Assembly (NCBI GenBank): GCA_934183305.1
Contig: CAKPSF010000004.1
Coordinates: 2,002 to 66,001, forward strand
DNA: 64,000 bases
Direction: 5' to 3'
DNA from: an uncultured Clostridia bacterium
GTDB taxonomy: Bacteria > Bacillota > Clostridia > TANB77 > CAG-508
A model generated the notes under the pieces. It was given only the letters and a program-made list of their open reading frames with translations. It was not told where the DNA came from and ran no database searches. Shown here in pieces: positions 1-9,185 of the stretch (position 1 is its first letter; each line of letters starts with the position of its first letter). The position numbers were made by a program, and so were the translations under genes.

Positions 1-309
1 TCTCAAGTATCATTATATAATATTATAGAAACTAAAAATAATAATCAAGCAGCATTTAATAAAATAAGAAGTAAAACAATAGATTTTGTTTTAGCAGATA
101 AAAATAATTGCAGAATAAAATTATGCATAGAATTAGACGATTATACCCATAACAGGTATGATAGAAAACAAAGAGATAACTTTATCAATAAATTATTTAA
201 AGACTTAGAAATAGATTTTTTAAGATTTAAGGCTTCAAATTACTATGATAAAGAAGCTTTAAAGAAAAGAATACAAGAAAGCATAAAAGAACATTATTAC
301 ATAGACTAA
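1..309 (+). CDS. C-terminal fragment of a DUF2726/DUF559-like (Vsr/endonuclease-fold) domain protein. The gene begins before the window.
   Basis: Frame 1 is open from nt 1 and translates ...IDFVLADKNNCRIKLCIELDDYTHNRYDRKQRDNFINKLFKDLEIDFLRFK..., a typical DUF2726-like motif. Stop TAA at 307-309. Confidence 0.4.
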   Translation, partial: SQVSLYNIIETKNNNQAAFNKIRSKTIDFVLADKNNCRIKLCIELDDYTHNRYDRKQRDNFINKLFKDLEIDFLRFKASNYYDKEALKKRIQESIKEHYYID

Positions 310-334
310 TACTGTTTTTATTTTATTATAGTTA

Positions 335-368
335 AAACAAAAAAGAGTACTTTAGCACTCTTTTTTAT
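335..368. terminator. Bidirectional rho-independent terminator between convergent genes.
   Basis: AAAAGAGT(341-348) and ACTCTTTT(357-364) form an 8-bp stem with an 8-nt loop. It is flanked by an A-tract upstream and a T-tract downstream. Confidence 0.5.
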
Positions 369-403
369 TACATTGAAGAAACTTTTCTTATAATTATAAT
401 AAA

Positions 404-967
404 TCATAAATTTATCCAATATCTTTTAAAATTATCATTTTCTTCTTTTGAAAATCTTGTATCTTCATAAATTCCACCACAACCTTCTATTACTCTTGCA
501 CTTTTTCTGTTATTTTCTCTACAAGTAATTAGAACTTTTTCTAGTGGTATTTCAGAACATTTTTCTAGCCCTAAAATTAGTTGTTTTTTACCATACCCTT
601 TTCTTCTTTCGGTTGGCCTAATAGAATATCCAATATTTCCACCATAATTTGCTAAATATTCATTTAATTCATATCTAATATTTATTATACCTAAGATTTT
701 ATTATCTGATTTTCTTAATAAAAAGTATGTGGATGCAGGTACTCTTCCAGGTTTTATATTTTCAAAGTCTAAATCATTTTCTAGTTTTTGTAACCATTCT
801 TCGTAATTAGTATATTTTTGCATTGAAGAATATCCGGCCCAAATATCTGGGTTATTTATATCATATCTTTTAGTTTCTTCTATCATTTCTTTTGCTTGAT
901 TTTTATATTCTATTGTAGGTTTTATTAATAGAATTTCTTTAGATTTAGTTATATTGCAGTTTTGCAT
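404..967 (-). CDS. GNAT family N-acetyltransferase.
   Basis: 187 aa. Acetyl-CoA-binding-like segment RKGYGKKQLILGL. Size is typical of GNAT. Confidence 0.6.
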   Translation of the reverse strand: MQNCNITKSKEILLIKPTIEYKNQAKEMIEETKRYDINNPDIWAGYSSMQKYTNYEEWLQKLENDLDFENIKPGRVPASTYFLLRKSDNKILGIINIRYELNEYLANYGGNIGYSIRPTERRKGYGKKQLILGLEKCSEIPLEKVLITCRENNRKSARVIEGCGGIYEDTRFSKEENDNFKRYWINL

Positions 968-987
968 TTATTTTTCCTCTTGTATTT

Positions 988-2274
988 TTATTTTAAAATA
1001 TTTTTAATTTTTTCTATAAATTCTTGATTGTTTTTAGTTGAAAGCATTAAGTTTATAACTTGTTCAGTAACGTCTGCAGTATTTAAGTTTGATAAAGCTT
1101 TTCTTAAGGTATATACTGCTTCTTGTTCTTCTTTTGATAATAATAAATCTTCTCTACGTGTTCCAGATTTGTTAATATCTATTGCTGGGAATATTCTTTT
1201 TTCTGAAAGTTTTCTATCTAGGTGTACTTCCATATTACCTGTCCCCTTAAATTCTTCAAATATTACATCATCCATTCTGCTTCCAGTTTCTATTAATGCC
1301 GTTGCAAGAATTGTAAGGCTTCCCCCATTTTCTATATTTCTTGCTGCACCAAAGAAACGTTTTGGCTTATGTAATGAACTAGGGTCTAATCCACCAGATA
1401 ATGTTCTTCCAGATGCTGGTACTACCAAGTTATATGCTCTAGCTAGTCTAGTAATACTATCTAATAATATTACTACGTCTTTATTTTGTTCTGTTAGTCT
1501 TTTAGCTCTTTCTAGTACCATTTCAGCAACTTTAACATGGTGTTCAGGAAGTTCATCAAATGTTGAATAAATTACTTCCCCATTTATTGAACGTTTCATG
1601 TCTGTTACTTCTTCAGGTCTTTCGTCTATTAATAATACTATTAATTCAACTTCTGGATTATTTGCTGTGATACTGTTAGCTATTTTCTTTAATAATGTAG
1701 TTTTTCCAACTTTTGGTGGGGCAACGATCATTCCTCTTTGCCCTTTTCCAATAGGTGAAACTAGGTCAATAATTCTCATTGAATATTCGTTACTAACTGT
1801 TTCTAATCTTAATCTTTCATCTGGGAATATAGGTATTAAATCATCAAAATTTTTTCTTTTATATGCATTTTCAGGTGATTGTCCATTTACTTCTCCAACG
1901 AAAATTAAAGCTGGAAACTTTTCTTCTTCTGTTGGTTTTCTTGAAATGCCTTTTATCATATCACCTGTATTTAATCTAAATCTTTTTATTTGTATTGGAG
2001 AAATATATACATCTTTTGGAGTTGGAAGGTAATTATCACCTCTTAAGAATCCATATCCATCTGGAAGTACTTCTAATATTCCTTCTACGATTGTATCGTT
2101 CTCACTTGTTACTTTATATCTTTCATTTTTTTCTTCAATACTTGATTTTGTTTCAGTATTTAAATTTGATAAAATATCTATTAATTCTTCTTTTTTAAGT
2201 TTGGAAATATTTTTAATGCCATTATTTTTAGCAATTTCTTTTAACTCTAATAAACTTAAATTTTCAACATCCAT
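988..2274 (-). CDS. rho: Transcription termination factor Rho.
   Basis: 428 aa. N-terminal Rho_N, RNA-binding domain, P-loop GKTTLL and full-length similarity to Rho. Confidence 0.9.
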   Translation of the reverse strand: MDVENLSLLELKEIAKNNGIKNISKLKKEELIDILSNLNTETKSSIEEKNERYKVTSENDTIVEGILEVLPDGYGFLRGDNYLPTPKDVYISPIQIKRFRLNTGDMIKGISRKPTEEEKFPALIFVGEVNGQSPENAYKRKNFDDLIPIFPDERLRLETVSNEYSMRIIDLVSPIGKGQRGMIVAPPKVGKTTLLKKIANSITANNPEVELIVLLIDERPEEVTDMKRSINGEVIYSTFDELPEHHVKVAEMVLERAKRLTEQNKDVVILLDSITRLARAYNLVVPASGRTLSGGLDPSSLHKPKRFFGAARNIENGGSLTILATALIETGSRMDDVIFEEFKGTGNMEVHLDRKLSEKRIFPAIDINKSGTRREDLLLSKEEQEAVYTLRKALSNLNTADVTEQVINLMLSTKNNQEFIEKIKNILK

Positions 2275-2364
2275 ATATTTAATTCTCCTTTTTTATTAAA
2301 TTATTTTAAATGGGATTTTTTTATAGAATAAATAATAAACAAAAAAGCATTATGGCTTTTTTGT

Positions 2365-2646
2365 TTATTTATTAATGTTTATATAAACTCTTTCATTACT
2401 TGAATACATATCTAATTTTTCTCTGCTTATTGCTTCTATATATTCTTTTGAATCTAAGTTACTCTTGGTTGCAACTAATGTTTCATTATATTTTTTTGCT
2501 TCTTCAATTTTTTTTGAATAATATTGTTTTTGAGAATCATATGAATTTAAAGTTTGTTGTTGATTAATGAATACAATTGTTACATATATAAAAAAAATAA
2601 AAAAACAAATTTTTTTAATTAATTTACTTTTAAAAAGATTTTTCAT
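2365..2646 (-). CDS. divIC: Septum formation initiator (DivIC/FtsB family) protein.
   Basis: 93 aa with an N-terminal TM and coiled-coil. Conserved yabP-yabQ-divIC order. Confidence 0.5.
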   Translation of the reverse strand: MKNLFKSKLIKKICFFIFFIYVTIVFINQQQTLNSYDSQKQYYSKKIEEAKKYNETLVATKSNLDSKEYIEAISREKLDMYSSNERVYININK

Positions 2647-2746
2647 AAGTACAACTCTTTCATATTTTATAATTTAATAAATCCTTACGGATCTAATAGA
2701 TACACTTATATTTTTCTACAAATAATACTAAAATCCTTCTTATTGC

Positions 2747-3223
2747 TTATTCTTTTTTGACTTTTTTTAAATTAATTGTTAATTTTTTGGTTATTTGTTC
2801 AATTAATTTTCTAACATTAAAAATAATAAACAAAAATGGCTTAAATAATATTTTTTTGATGAATTTTATAAGAGAAATAATTGGTTTAAACAAGAATTTA
2901 AATAATTTTTTTATAAAATTAATTATATAAATATTTATTTTAATAAAATATTTGCTAATAAAAAGCATATTTAAAATAATCCCTATGCCTAACCCAATAA
3001 ATATGTAAAGCCTAAGTTCTCCATTGTTAAATTTAAATATAGAGATTAAAACTATTATTCCAGATATTAATCCAAATAGTATATCTTCTAAATTAGTAAT
3101 AAAATCAGATGTTTTTATTGTACGTCTTGAGATTCTAAATATGTCAAAAATAATACCCAAAAATATTCCTGTTAATATAAAATAAATGAAGCTTGTTAAT
3201 TGTTCAATATTATTTGTATACAT
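2747..3223 (-). CDS. yabQ: Spore cortex biosynthesis protein YabQ-like membrane protein.
   Basis: 158 aa polytopic membrane protein immediately downstream of yabP. Assignment is by position. Confidence 0.5.
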   Translation of the reverse strand: MYTNNIEQLTSFIYFILTGIFLGIIFDIFRISRRTIKTSDFITNLEDILFGLISGIIVLISIFKFNNGELRLYIFIGLGIGIILNMLFISKYFIKINIYIINFIKKLFKFLFKPIISLIKFIKKILFKPFLFIIFNVRKLIEQITKKLTINLKKVKKE

Positions 3224-3233
3224 AAATTATCAC

Positions 3234-3545
3234 CTATTTAAATATTTTGCCTAAAAAACCTTCATTCTTTTTATCTAAATCTTTAGAGCTATATGTAAGT
3301 GAAATAATTTCGCCTTCAACTATTACTTCTGAGGTATCTATACTTAATTTATTTATTCTTAAATTGTCTCCTTTTATTGTTAATAATCCTAATTCTGTTT
3401 CAACTATAACTATTTGATCGTCAAAACTTAAAACATCAAGTACACCTGATATATTTAGCTTATTTCTATTTTCTAATAACAGATTTTGAACGATATTTGT
3501 ATTGATATTTTTTCTTTCTTCTATTGTCATATAAAATCCCTCCAT
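3234..3545 (-). CDS. yabP: Sporulation protein YabP.
   Basis: 103 aa. YabP-like beta-rich sequence LSFDDQIVIVETELGLLTIKGDNLRINKLSIDTSEV. Confidence 0.7.
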   Translation of the reverse strand: MEGFYMTIEERKNINTNIVQNLLLENRNKLNISGVLDVLSFDDQIVIVETELGLLTIKGDNLRINKLSIDTSEVIVEGEIISLTYSSKDLDKKNEGFLGKIFK

Positions 3546-3609
3546 ATAATAAAAGTTTATATATAATATATATTCTCTTTAAGTTGAAAATATAACTTTA
3601 AAAGCAAAA

Positions 3610-3645
3610 ACAAATTGAGAATTTGTTCAATCCTCAATTTGTTAT
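3610..3645 (-). terminator. Rho-independent terminator whose stem overlaps the stop codon of the aspartokinase-like gene.
   Basis: ACAAATTGAG(3610-3619) pairs with CTCAATTTGT(3633-3642) as a 10-bp stem. On the minus strand it is followed by UUUUGCUUUU. Confidence 0.55.
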
Positions 3646-4377
3646 TCTTGTTCCTTTGACATTTTCATTATAAACTGATTTAACATATATCGGAACATTA
3701 AACTTTTGTGCAAGCATTATGCTTTTATTGTGTAAAACTTTTGCTCCATTATTTGAGAGTTCTAACATCTCTGAATAATTTATATTATCATACTTAAATG
3801 CATTATTATTTGACTTTGGATCTATATTATATATTCCATCTACATCTTTGAAAATATCACATCTTTCAGCATTAATTGCGGCTGCAATTGCCACAGCTGT
3901 TGTGTCTGAGCCTCCTCTTCCAAGAGTAGTTATATCATTTGTATTAATTGATACTCCTTGAAAACCTGCTATTACAACAACTTTATTTTGGCTTAATTCA
4001 TTAATTATTCTATCTAACTTAATATGTTTTATATTGGCATTTCCATAATTATCATCAGTTTGTATAGGAATTTGCCATCCTGTTAAAGATATTGCGCTAA
4101 TACCAATCCTGTTTAAGCACATTACCAATTTTGATATAGTAATTTGTTCACCAACTGAAATTAAAGTATCTAATTCTCTTTTATTAATATTATCGTCTAT
4201 TTCAATAGCTTCTTTTATTAAATTGTCTGTTGTTTTTCCTTGAGCTGATACAACAACTATTATCTTATTTTTTTTATTATATTCTTTTGAAATATGTTTA
4301 CACACATTATAAAGCTCTTCTGTATTAGCTACTGAACTTCCTCCAAATTTTTGTACTATAATGCCCATTTTCGGCAC
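3634..4377 (-). CDS. Aspartokinase, catalytic amino-acid-kinase domain only, with no ACT domains.
   Basis: 247 aa. IVQKFGGSSV and the GRGGSDTTA motif align with the aspartokinase N-terminal domain. The ORF ends exactly where the ACT regulatory domains would begin. Confidence 0.6.
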   Translation of the reverse strand: MPKMGIIVQKFGGSSVANTEELYNVCKHISKEYNKKNKIIVVVSAQGKTTDNLIKEAIEIDDNINKRELDTLISVGEQITISKLVMCLNRIGISAISLTGWQIPIQTDDNYGNANIKHIKLDRIINELSQNKVVVIAGFQGVSINTNDITTLGRGGSDTTAVAIAAAINAERCDIFKDVDGIYNIDPKSNNNAFKYDNINYSEMLELSNNGAKVLHNKSIMLAQKFNVPIYVKSVYNENVKGTRITN

Positions 4378-4481
4378 CTCTTCATATATATTTAGAGCAT
4401 ATTTAATTAAATATTGCTATACTATATTATATTTACAAAACTGAAAAAAAGTGTCTAAAAACTTTAGACACTTTCTCTCAA

Positions 4482-4700
4482 CTATTTACCTTCTCCCTTG
4501 AACAATGATCTTCTACCCAACAGGTATCCGATTGTAAGAACAACGGTAATACCGATTGTAATTAACAAATTGCGAATAGGATTGGGCACATTGATGATTG
4601 CTCCTAAAAAGAATATGCAAAGAGCTGCTGCGATAATTAAAAGAATCCGATAAATAATTTTTGCCATTATAATGGCCTCCTTAAATATATTTTTGCCCAT
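4482..4700 (-). CDS. Hypothetical small membrane protein.
   Basis: 72 aa with two predicted TM helices. It contains an in-frame CGG (Arg) codon at 4647-4649. Confidence 0.3.
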   Translation of the reverse strand: MGKNIFKEAIIMAKIIYRILLIIAAALCIFFLGAIINVPNPIRNLLITIGITVVLTIGYLLGRRSLFKGEGK

Positions 4701-4718
4701 CTGGGATTTACACTTTAA

Positions 4719-5837
4719 TTATACCATATTTTGCGGATTTACGCAAATTCTAAGGTATTCTTCAATGAAATTATCTATTTCACCATCCATAACAGCCTCA
4801 ATATTCCCTACTTCGTAATTAGTTCTATGATCTTTTACCATAGTATATGGACAAAAAACATAAGATCTGATTTGACTTCCCCATGCAATATCTTTTTGTA
4901 TTCCTTTTAAATCTTCTATTTTTTCCTTATGTTCTCTTTCTTTTAAATCAAGCAGTTTTGATTTTAGCATTTTCATTGCAGTTTCTTTATTTTGAGTCTG
5001 AGAACGTTCAGTTTGACATGCTGTTACAATTCCTGTTGGAATATGTGTTATTCTAACAGCTGAATCAGTTTTATTTATGTGTTGCCCTCCTGCCCCAGAT
5101 GCTCTATATGTATCAATTCTTAAATCATTTGAATTTATTTCTATTTCTATATCATCACTTATTTCTGGTAAAACTTCTAATGATGCAAAAGAAGTATGTC
5201 TTCTTCCACCTGCGTCAAATGGTGAAATTCTTACCAATCTATGGACACCATTTTCACATTTTAAGTATCCATATGCATTTTCTCCTTCAACTAAAGCAGT
5301 AACACTTTTAATGCCTGCCTCTTCCCCTTCTATATATTCTAATTCTTTTATATTGTAGCCATTTTTATTTGCCCATCTACTATACATTCTATATAGCATT
5401 TCAACCCAATCTTGCGATTCTGTTCCACCAGCTCCAGGATGAAGAGTTATAATTGCATTATTTTTATCAAATTTACCAGATAAAAGTGTTTCAATTTGAA
5501 ACTTTTCTAATTCCTTTTTAATTTGTTTAGTTAATGAATTTAATTGTACCTCAAGTTTTTCATCAATTTCTAATGTTAGTAATTCATTGATATCTGCTAA
5601 ATCATTAATTTGTTTATCAATATCATTATATTTTTTTAATTTGTTTTTAATTTCTTTGATTTCCTTTAATACAGAATTTGAATTTGGATTATTGTTCCAA
5701 AAATCCTGTTCTAAGGTTTCTTTTTCTAATTTTTCTAGTTCCATTGTCTTGTTTTCTATATTTAAAGTTGTATATATTTTTTTTAACTCATCTTTAAATG
5801 CTTTAATATCTTTTCTATTCTCATCTAAATCTATCAA
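4719..5837 (-). CDS. prfB: Peptide chain release factor 2, encoded in a single frame with a TTG start.
   Basis: SPFDAGGRRHTSFAS and RASGAGGQHINKT (GGQ) motifs. Full length is in one frame. GGGAGA Shine-Dalgarno 7 nt upstream of TTG. Confidence 0.85.
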   Translation of the reverse strand: MIDLDENRKDIKAFKDELKKIYTTLNIENKTMELEKLEKETLEQDFWNNNPNSNSVLKEIKEIKNKLKKYNDIDKQINDLADINELLTLEIDEKLEVQLNSLTKQIKKELEKFQIETLLSGKFDKNNAIITLHPGAGGTESQDWVEMLYRMYSRWANKNGYNIKELEYIEGEEAGIKSVTALVEGENAYGYLKCENGVHRLVRISPFDAGGRRHTSFASLEVLPEISDDIEIEINSNDLRIDTYRASGAGGQHINKTDSAVRITHIPTGIVTACQTERSQTQNKETAMKMLKSKLLDLKEREHKEKIEDLKGIQKDIAWGSQIRSYVFCPYTMVKDHRTNYEVGNIEAVMDGEIDNFIEEYLRICVNPQNMV

Positions 5838-6036
5838 TTTCTTTTCTCCCTAAATTATACTGAAAATATTATATTATATAATGCACCTAATTTCAAGCAT
5901 TTTAAGTTTGTATAAAAATTATTATTTGACTGGTCAGGCACTATTTCTGTATATTTACATATACTTTAGTTATAACGCATAACAAAGTAACTTTGTTCTT
6001 GCTTGCTTTATATAAAATAATTAGGAGGTTTTTGTA

Positions 6037-6735
6037 TTGTTTATTTCTTTTTTCTCCAGTTTTTTATTGTTTTTAAGATCGGCAGTAATCGTTTTGGGCT
6101 ATATACAAGGAAATACTTTATTTCCAGAACCATTATCACCAGAAGAAGAAAAAATTTATTTAGAACAAATGAAGAATGGAAATGAGGAAGCAAGAAATAT
6201 ACTAATTGAAAGAAATTTAAGACTTGTAGCTCATGTTAGTAAAAAGTATATAACTACCAACATAAGTCAAGATGATTTAATCTCAATTGGTTCAATTGGC
6301 TTAATTAAAGCAATTAATAGCTTCGACAATAGTAAAAATATTAAATTAGCTACATATGCTGCTAGATGTATAGATAATGAGATACTAATGTTTATAAGAA
6401 CTAGTAAAAAAACAAAATCGGAAGTTTTCTTAAATGAAGCAATTGGTAAGGATAAAGATGATAATGAAATAACATTATTAGATGTAATTGAAAAAGAAGA
6501 AATGTGTGTAGATGATGAAATAGATTTAAAATTAAAAATTAAAGAACTATACAATAAAATGAAAGAAGTTTTAAAGGATAGAGAAATCAATATATTAAAG
6601 CTTAGATTTGGGCTTGGTGGAATACGTCCTAGAACCCAACATGAAATAGCAGAAAATCTTGGAATAAGTCGATCATATGTTTCTAGAATAGAAACAAAAG
6701 CAATTAGTAAGTTGGCAGAAGTAATTAAAGAGTAA
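6037..6735 (+). CDS. sigK: RNA polymerase sporulation sigma factor SigK (pro-sigma-K).
   Basis: N-terminal pro-sequence ending ...FPEPLSPEEEK (B. subtilis has FPQPLSSSEEK). NLRLVAHV, LATYAARCIDNEIL and ISRSYVSRIE regions are present. The gene is uninterrupted. Confidence 0.85.
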   Translation: MFISFFSSFLLFLRSAVIVLGYIQGNTLFPEPLSPEEEKIYLEQMKNGNEEARNILIERNLRLVAHVSKKYITTNISQDDLISIGSIGLIKAINSFDNSKNIKLATYAARCIDNEILMFIRTSKKTKSEVFLNEAIGKDKDDNEITLLDVIEKEEMCVDDEIDLKLKIKELYNKMKEVLKDREINILKLRFGLGGIRPRTQHEIAENLGISRSYVSRIETKAISKLAEVIKE

Positions 6736-6756
6736 TATAATAAATCCCCTTTAAAA

Positions 6757-8859
6757 TTAAAAAGGGGATTTTATCTTGTTACAATTTTTAGAATAAGGAC
6801 AAAATATACATTTTGTATTGTTTTTCTTAATTGTTTTAATTATTTCGAAAATAATCGATACTAATAACATTATAAAAATAATATTTATTAAGTTTATACT
6901 TCTATTTTCAATTCTATTCCAAACTTGATAAACAATTGTTGAAGTTAGCCAAGCAATACAAGTTTGAAATAGTAAAGCATTGAATAATTTTTTGCTACTT
7001 TTTAATTCTTGTTTCATTGCTCCTATTGCTCCAAAACATGGAGCAGAAAACAAATTAAATATCATAAATGCATAGGCTGATGAAGGCTTAAAGAATCCAA
7101 ATACATTATTGGTGTAAAAAATATTATTTACATCACTATTATTTGATGATAATCCACTTATAACATTCATTGAGGATACGACTTGCTCTTTAGCTATTAA
7201 TCCTTGAATTGCTGATATTGTTGCTTCCCAGCTATCCACTCCTATTACTGGCTTAAATATCCAAGATATTTTCTTCCCAATTGTAGCAAGTATACTTTCA
7301 CTTATATTAATTCCATATTCCATATTAAAAGAAAAAGATACTAAGAACCATATAATTATTGAACAAAGTAATATTATTGTTCCTGCTCTTTTAATAAATG
7401 ACATAACTTTGTCTGAAATATCATTTATAATATATTTCATATTAGGAAGCTTATATTCTGGAAGTTCTACCATATAAGTATTTGAAACATTTTTGTATTT
7501 GACTTTCTTTATAATTAAAGCACTAAGAATTATAATTAAAATTGCTATAAAATATAAAGAAGCAGATACTATTCCAGCATTTTTAGGAAAAAAATATCCT
7601 GTAAATAATGCAATTATTGGTATTTTAGCACTACATGGAATAAATGGTGTAAGAAGTATTGTAAGTTCTCGTTCTTCTTCATTTTCTATTATTCTTGTCC
7701 CAGTTATTCCTGGGACGCTACAACCAGAGCCAATAATAAAGGGTATTATGCTTTTCCCGCTCAATCCAATTTTTCTAAAAGTATTGTCTAATAAAAAAGC
7801 AATTCTGGACATATAACCTGTTGTTTCTAGTAAAGATATGCACAAAAATAATATTATTAATTGAGGAATAAAACCTAATACTGCCCCTATTCCAGTTATA
7901 ATGCCATCAACTACTAGACTATTAAGACAATTTGAAATTCCAATATTTTTTAACAAACTTCCAGTATTAATTTTAGCTTTATATATAAATTCTTCTATGG
8001 AATCAGTTGTGTATGTTCCAATAACACCAACCGAAATATAATATACTAAAAACATAATACAAATAAATATTGGAAAGGCTATATATTTATTTAAAAGTAT
8101 TTTATCTATTTTGTCTGTTATGTTTCTAATATTATTATTTTTCTTTAGATTTAAGATTAATATTCTTTCTATGTATTGGTATCTTTGGGTTGCAATTATT
8201 TCTTCAAAATCTATATTACTATAATTATTTATCAAATTATTTTTATTTAAATATTTATCATTTTCTAATAATTTTATAGCAATAAATCTTTTATTAGAAA
8301 TATCAGGATTTAATTCATGTTCCGTATTAGTTATTATATTTTCTAAATCTGAATCAAATATTTTTAATTTATCTGAAACATTTTTATTTAATAAACCTAT
8401 TTCTTTTATTAAATCTTTAATTCCTATTTCCTTTAAGGCTGATATCTTTATAACCTTTGTGCCCAATGCTCTCTCAAGACCATTTTCATTAATTGATATT
8501 CCTTTATTTTCTAGAATATCTACCATATTTAATGCAATAATCACTTTACAATCTAATTCTAATAATTGGGTAGTTAAATATAAACTTCTTTCAATACTTG
8601 TTGCATCTATTATATTTATGATAACATCAGGTTTTTCTTCAATTATGAAATCTCGTGATATTCTCTCTTCTATACTATATGGGCTTAATGAATAAATACC
8701 TGGCAAATCTATTAATTCATAATTAGTTCCCTTAATTAGTCCAACTTTCTTTTCTATTGTAACTCCAGGCCAATTTCCTACTTTATTATTCATTCCGGTT
8801 AAACAATTAAAAAGGGTAGTCTTTCCACTATTCTGATTACCTATTAATGCGATTTTCAT
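6757..8859 (-). CDS. feoB: Ferrous iron transporter FeoB.
   Basis: 700 aa. N-terminal G-domain IALIGNQNSGKTTLFN followed by a polytopic membrane domain. Confidence 0.9.
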   Translation of the reverse strand: MKIALIGNQNSGKTTLFNCLTGMNNKVGNWPGVTIEKKVGLIKGTNYELIDLPGIYSLSPYSIEERISRDFIIEEKPDVIINIIDATSIERSLYLTTQLLELDCKVIIALNMVDILENKGISINENGLERALGTKVIKISALKEIGIKDLIKEIGLLNKNVSDKLKIFDSDLENIITNTEHELNPDISNKRFIAIKLLENDKYLNKNNLINNYSNIDFEEIIATQRYQYIERILILNLKKNNNIRNITDKIDKILLNKYIAFPIFICIMFLVYYISVGVIGTYTTDSIEEFIYKAKINTGSLLKNIGISNCLNSLVVDGIITGIGAVLGFIPQLIILFLCISLLETTGYMSRIAFLLDNTFRKIGLSGKSIIPFIIGSGCSVPGITGTRIIENEEERELTILLTPFIPCSAKIPIIALFTGYFFPKNAGIVSASLYFIAILIIILSALIIKKVKYKNVSNTYMVELPEYKLPNMKYIINDISDKVMSFIKRAGTIILLCSIIIWFLVSFSFNMEYGINISESILATIGKKISWIFKPVIGVDSWEATISAIQGLIAKEQVVSSMNVISGLSSNNSDVNNIFYTNNVFGFFKPSSAYAFMIFNLFSAPCFGAIGAMKQELKSSKKLFNALLFQTCIAWLTSTIVYQVWNRIENRSINLINIIFIMLLVSIIFEIIKTIKKNNTKCIFCPYSKNCNKIKSPF

Positions 8860-9083
8860 ATAATATCCACCTCTATTTGTTTTAAATCAGCTTTTCTAAT
8901 AGCAATTTCATATCCCCTAAGTTCTATATTAATAGGGTCTCCCATTGGGGCAACTCCTTTTACTTTAACTTTTGCTCCTTTTGTAAATCCCATATCCAAT
9001 AAATGCCTTTTGACTTCACCTTTAGACATATTTATTTTAGTAATGATTCCAACTTGTCCGATTTTTAAATCAGATAAATTCAT
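8856..9083 (-). CDS. feoA: Ferrous iron transport protein FeoA.
   Basis: 75 aa SH3-like FeoA. Overlaps the feoB start by 4 nt. Confidence 0.8.
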   Translation of the reverse strand: MNLSDLKIGQVGIITKINMSKGEVKRHLLDMGFTKGAKVKVKGVAPMGDPINIELRGYEIAIRKADLKQIEVDII

Positions 9084-9142
9084 TTTTTCTATCTCCTATA
9101 ATATATTTTCAATAAATTATATTATAAAAGAATATTTTTATT

Positions 9143-9180
9143 ACAAAAAAGAAACATATATACGAATTATATGTTTCTTA
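9143..9180 (-). terminator. Rho-independent terminator of the truncated nrdD paralog.
   Basis: AAGAAACATATA(9149-9160) pairs with TATATGTTTCTT(9168-9179) as a 12-bp stem. It is followed by a U-run on the minus strand. Confidence 0.6.
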
Positions 9181-9185
9181 ATAGT

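Noticed and set aside
1028-2198. Plus-strand ORFs (180, 144 and 67 aa) inside rho, and similar antisense ORFs inside prfB, feoB, nrdD, typA, pnp, polA and others.
   Set aside because: They are low-complexity translations of the antisense strand of well-supported genes, with no ribosome binding site or homology. They are artifacts of AT-rich sequence.
6037-6735. Possible skin-like prophage interruption of sigK.
   Set aside because: sigK is a single uninterrupted 232-aa ORF with pro-sequence and regions 2 and 4. There is no insertion.
9084-9141. Fur box upstream of feoAB.
   Set aside because: There are AT-rich near-repeats (ATAATATAATTTATTG) but no convincing 7-1-7 TGATAAT-N-ATTATCA match. 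It cannot be separated from background AT-richness.
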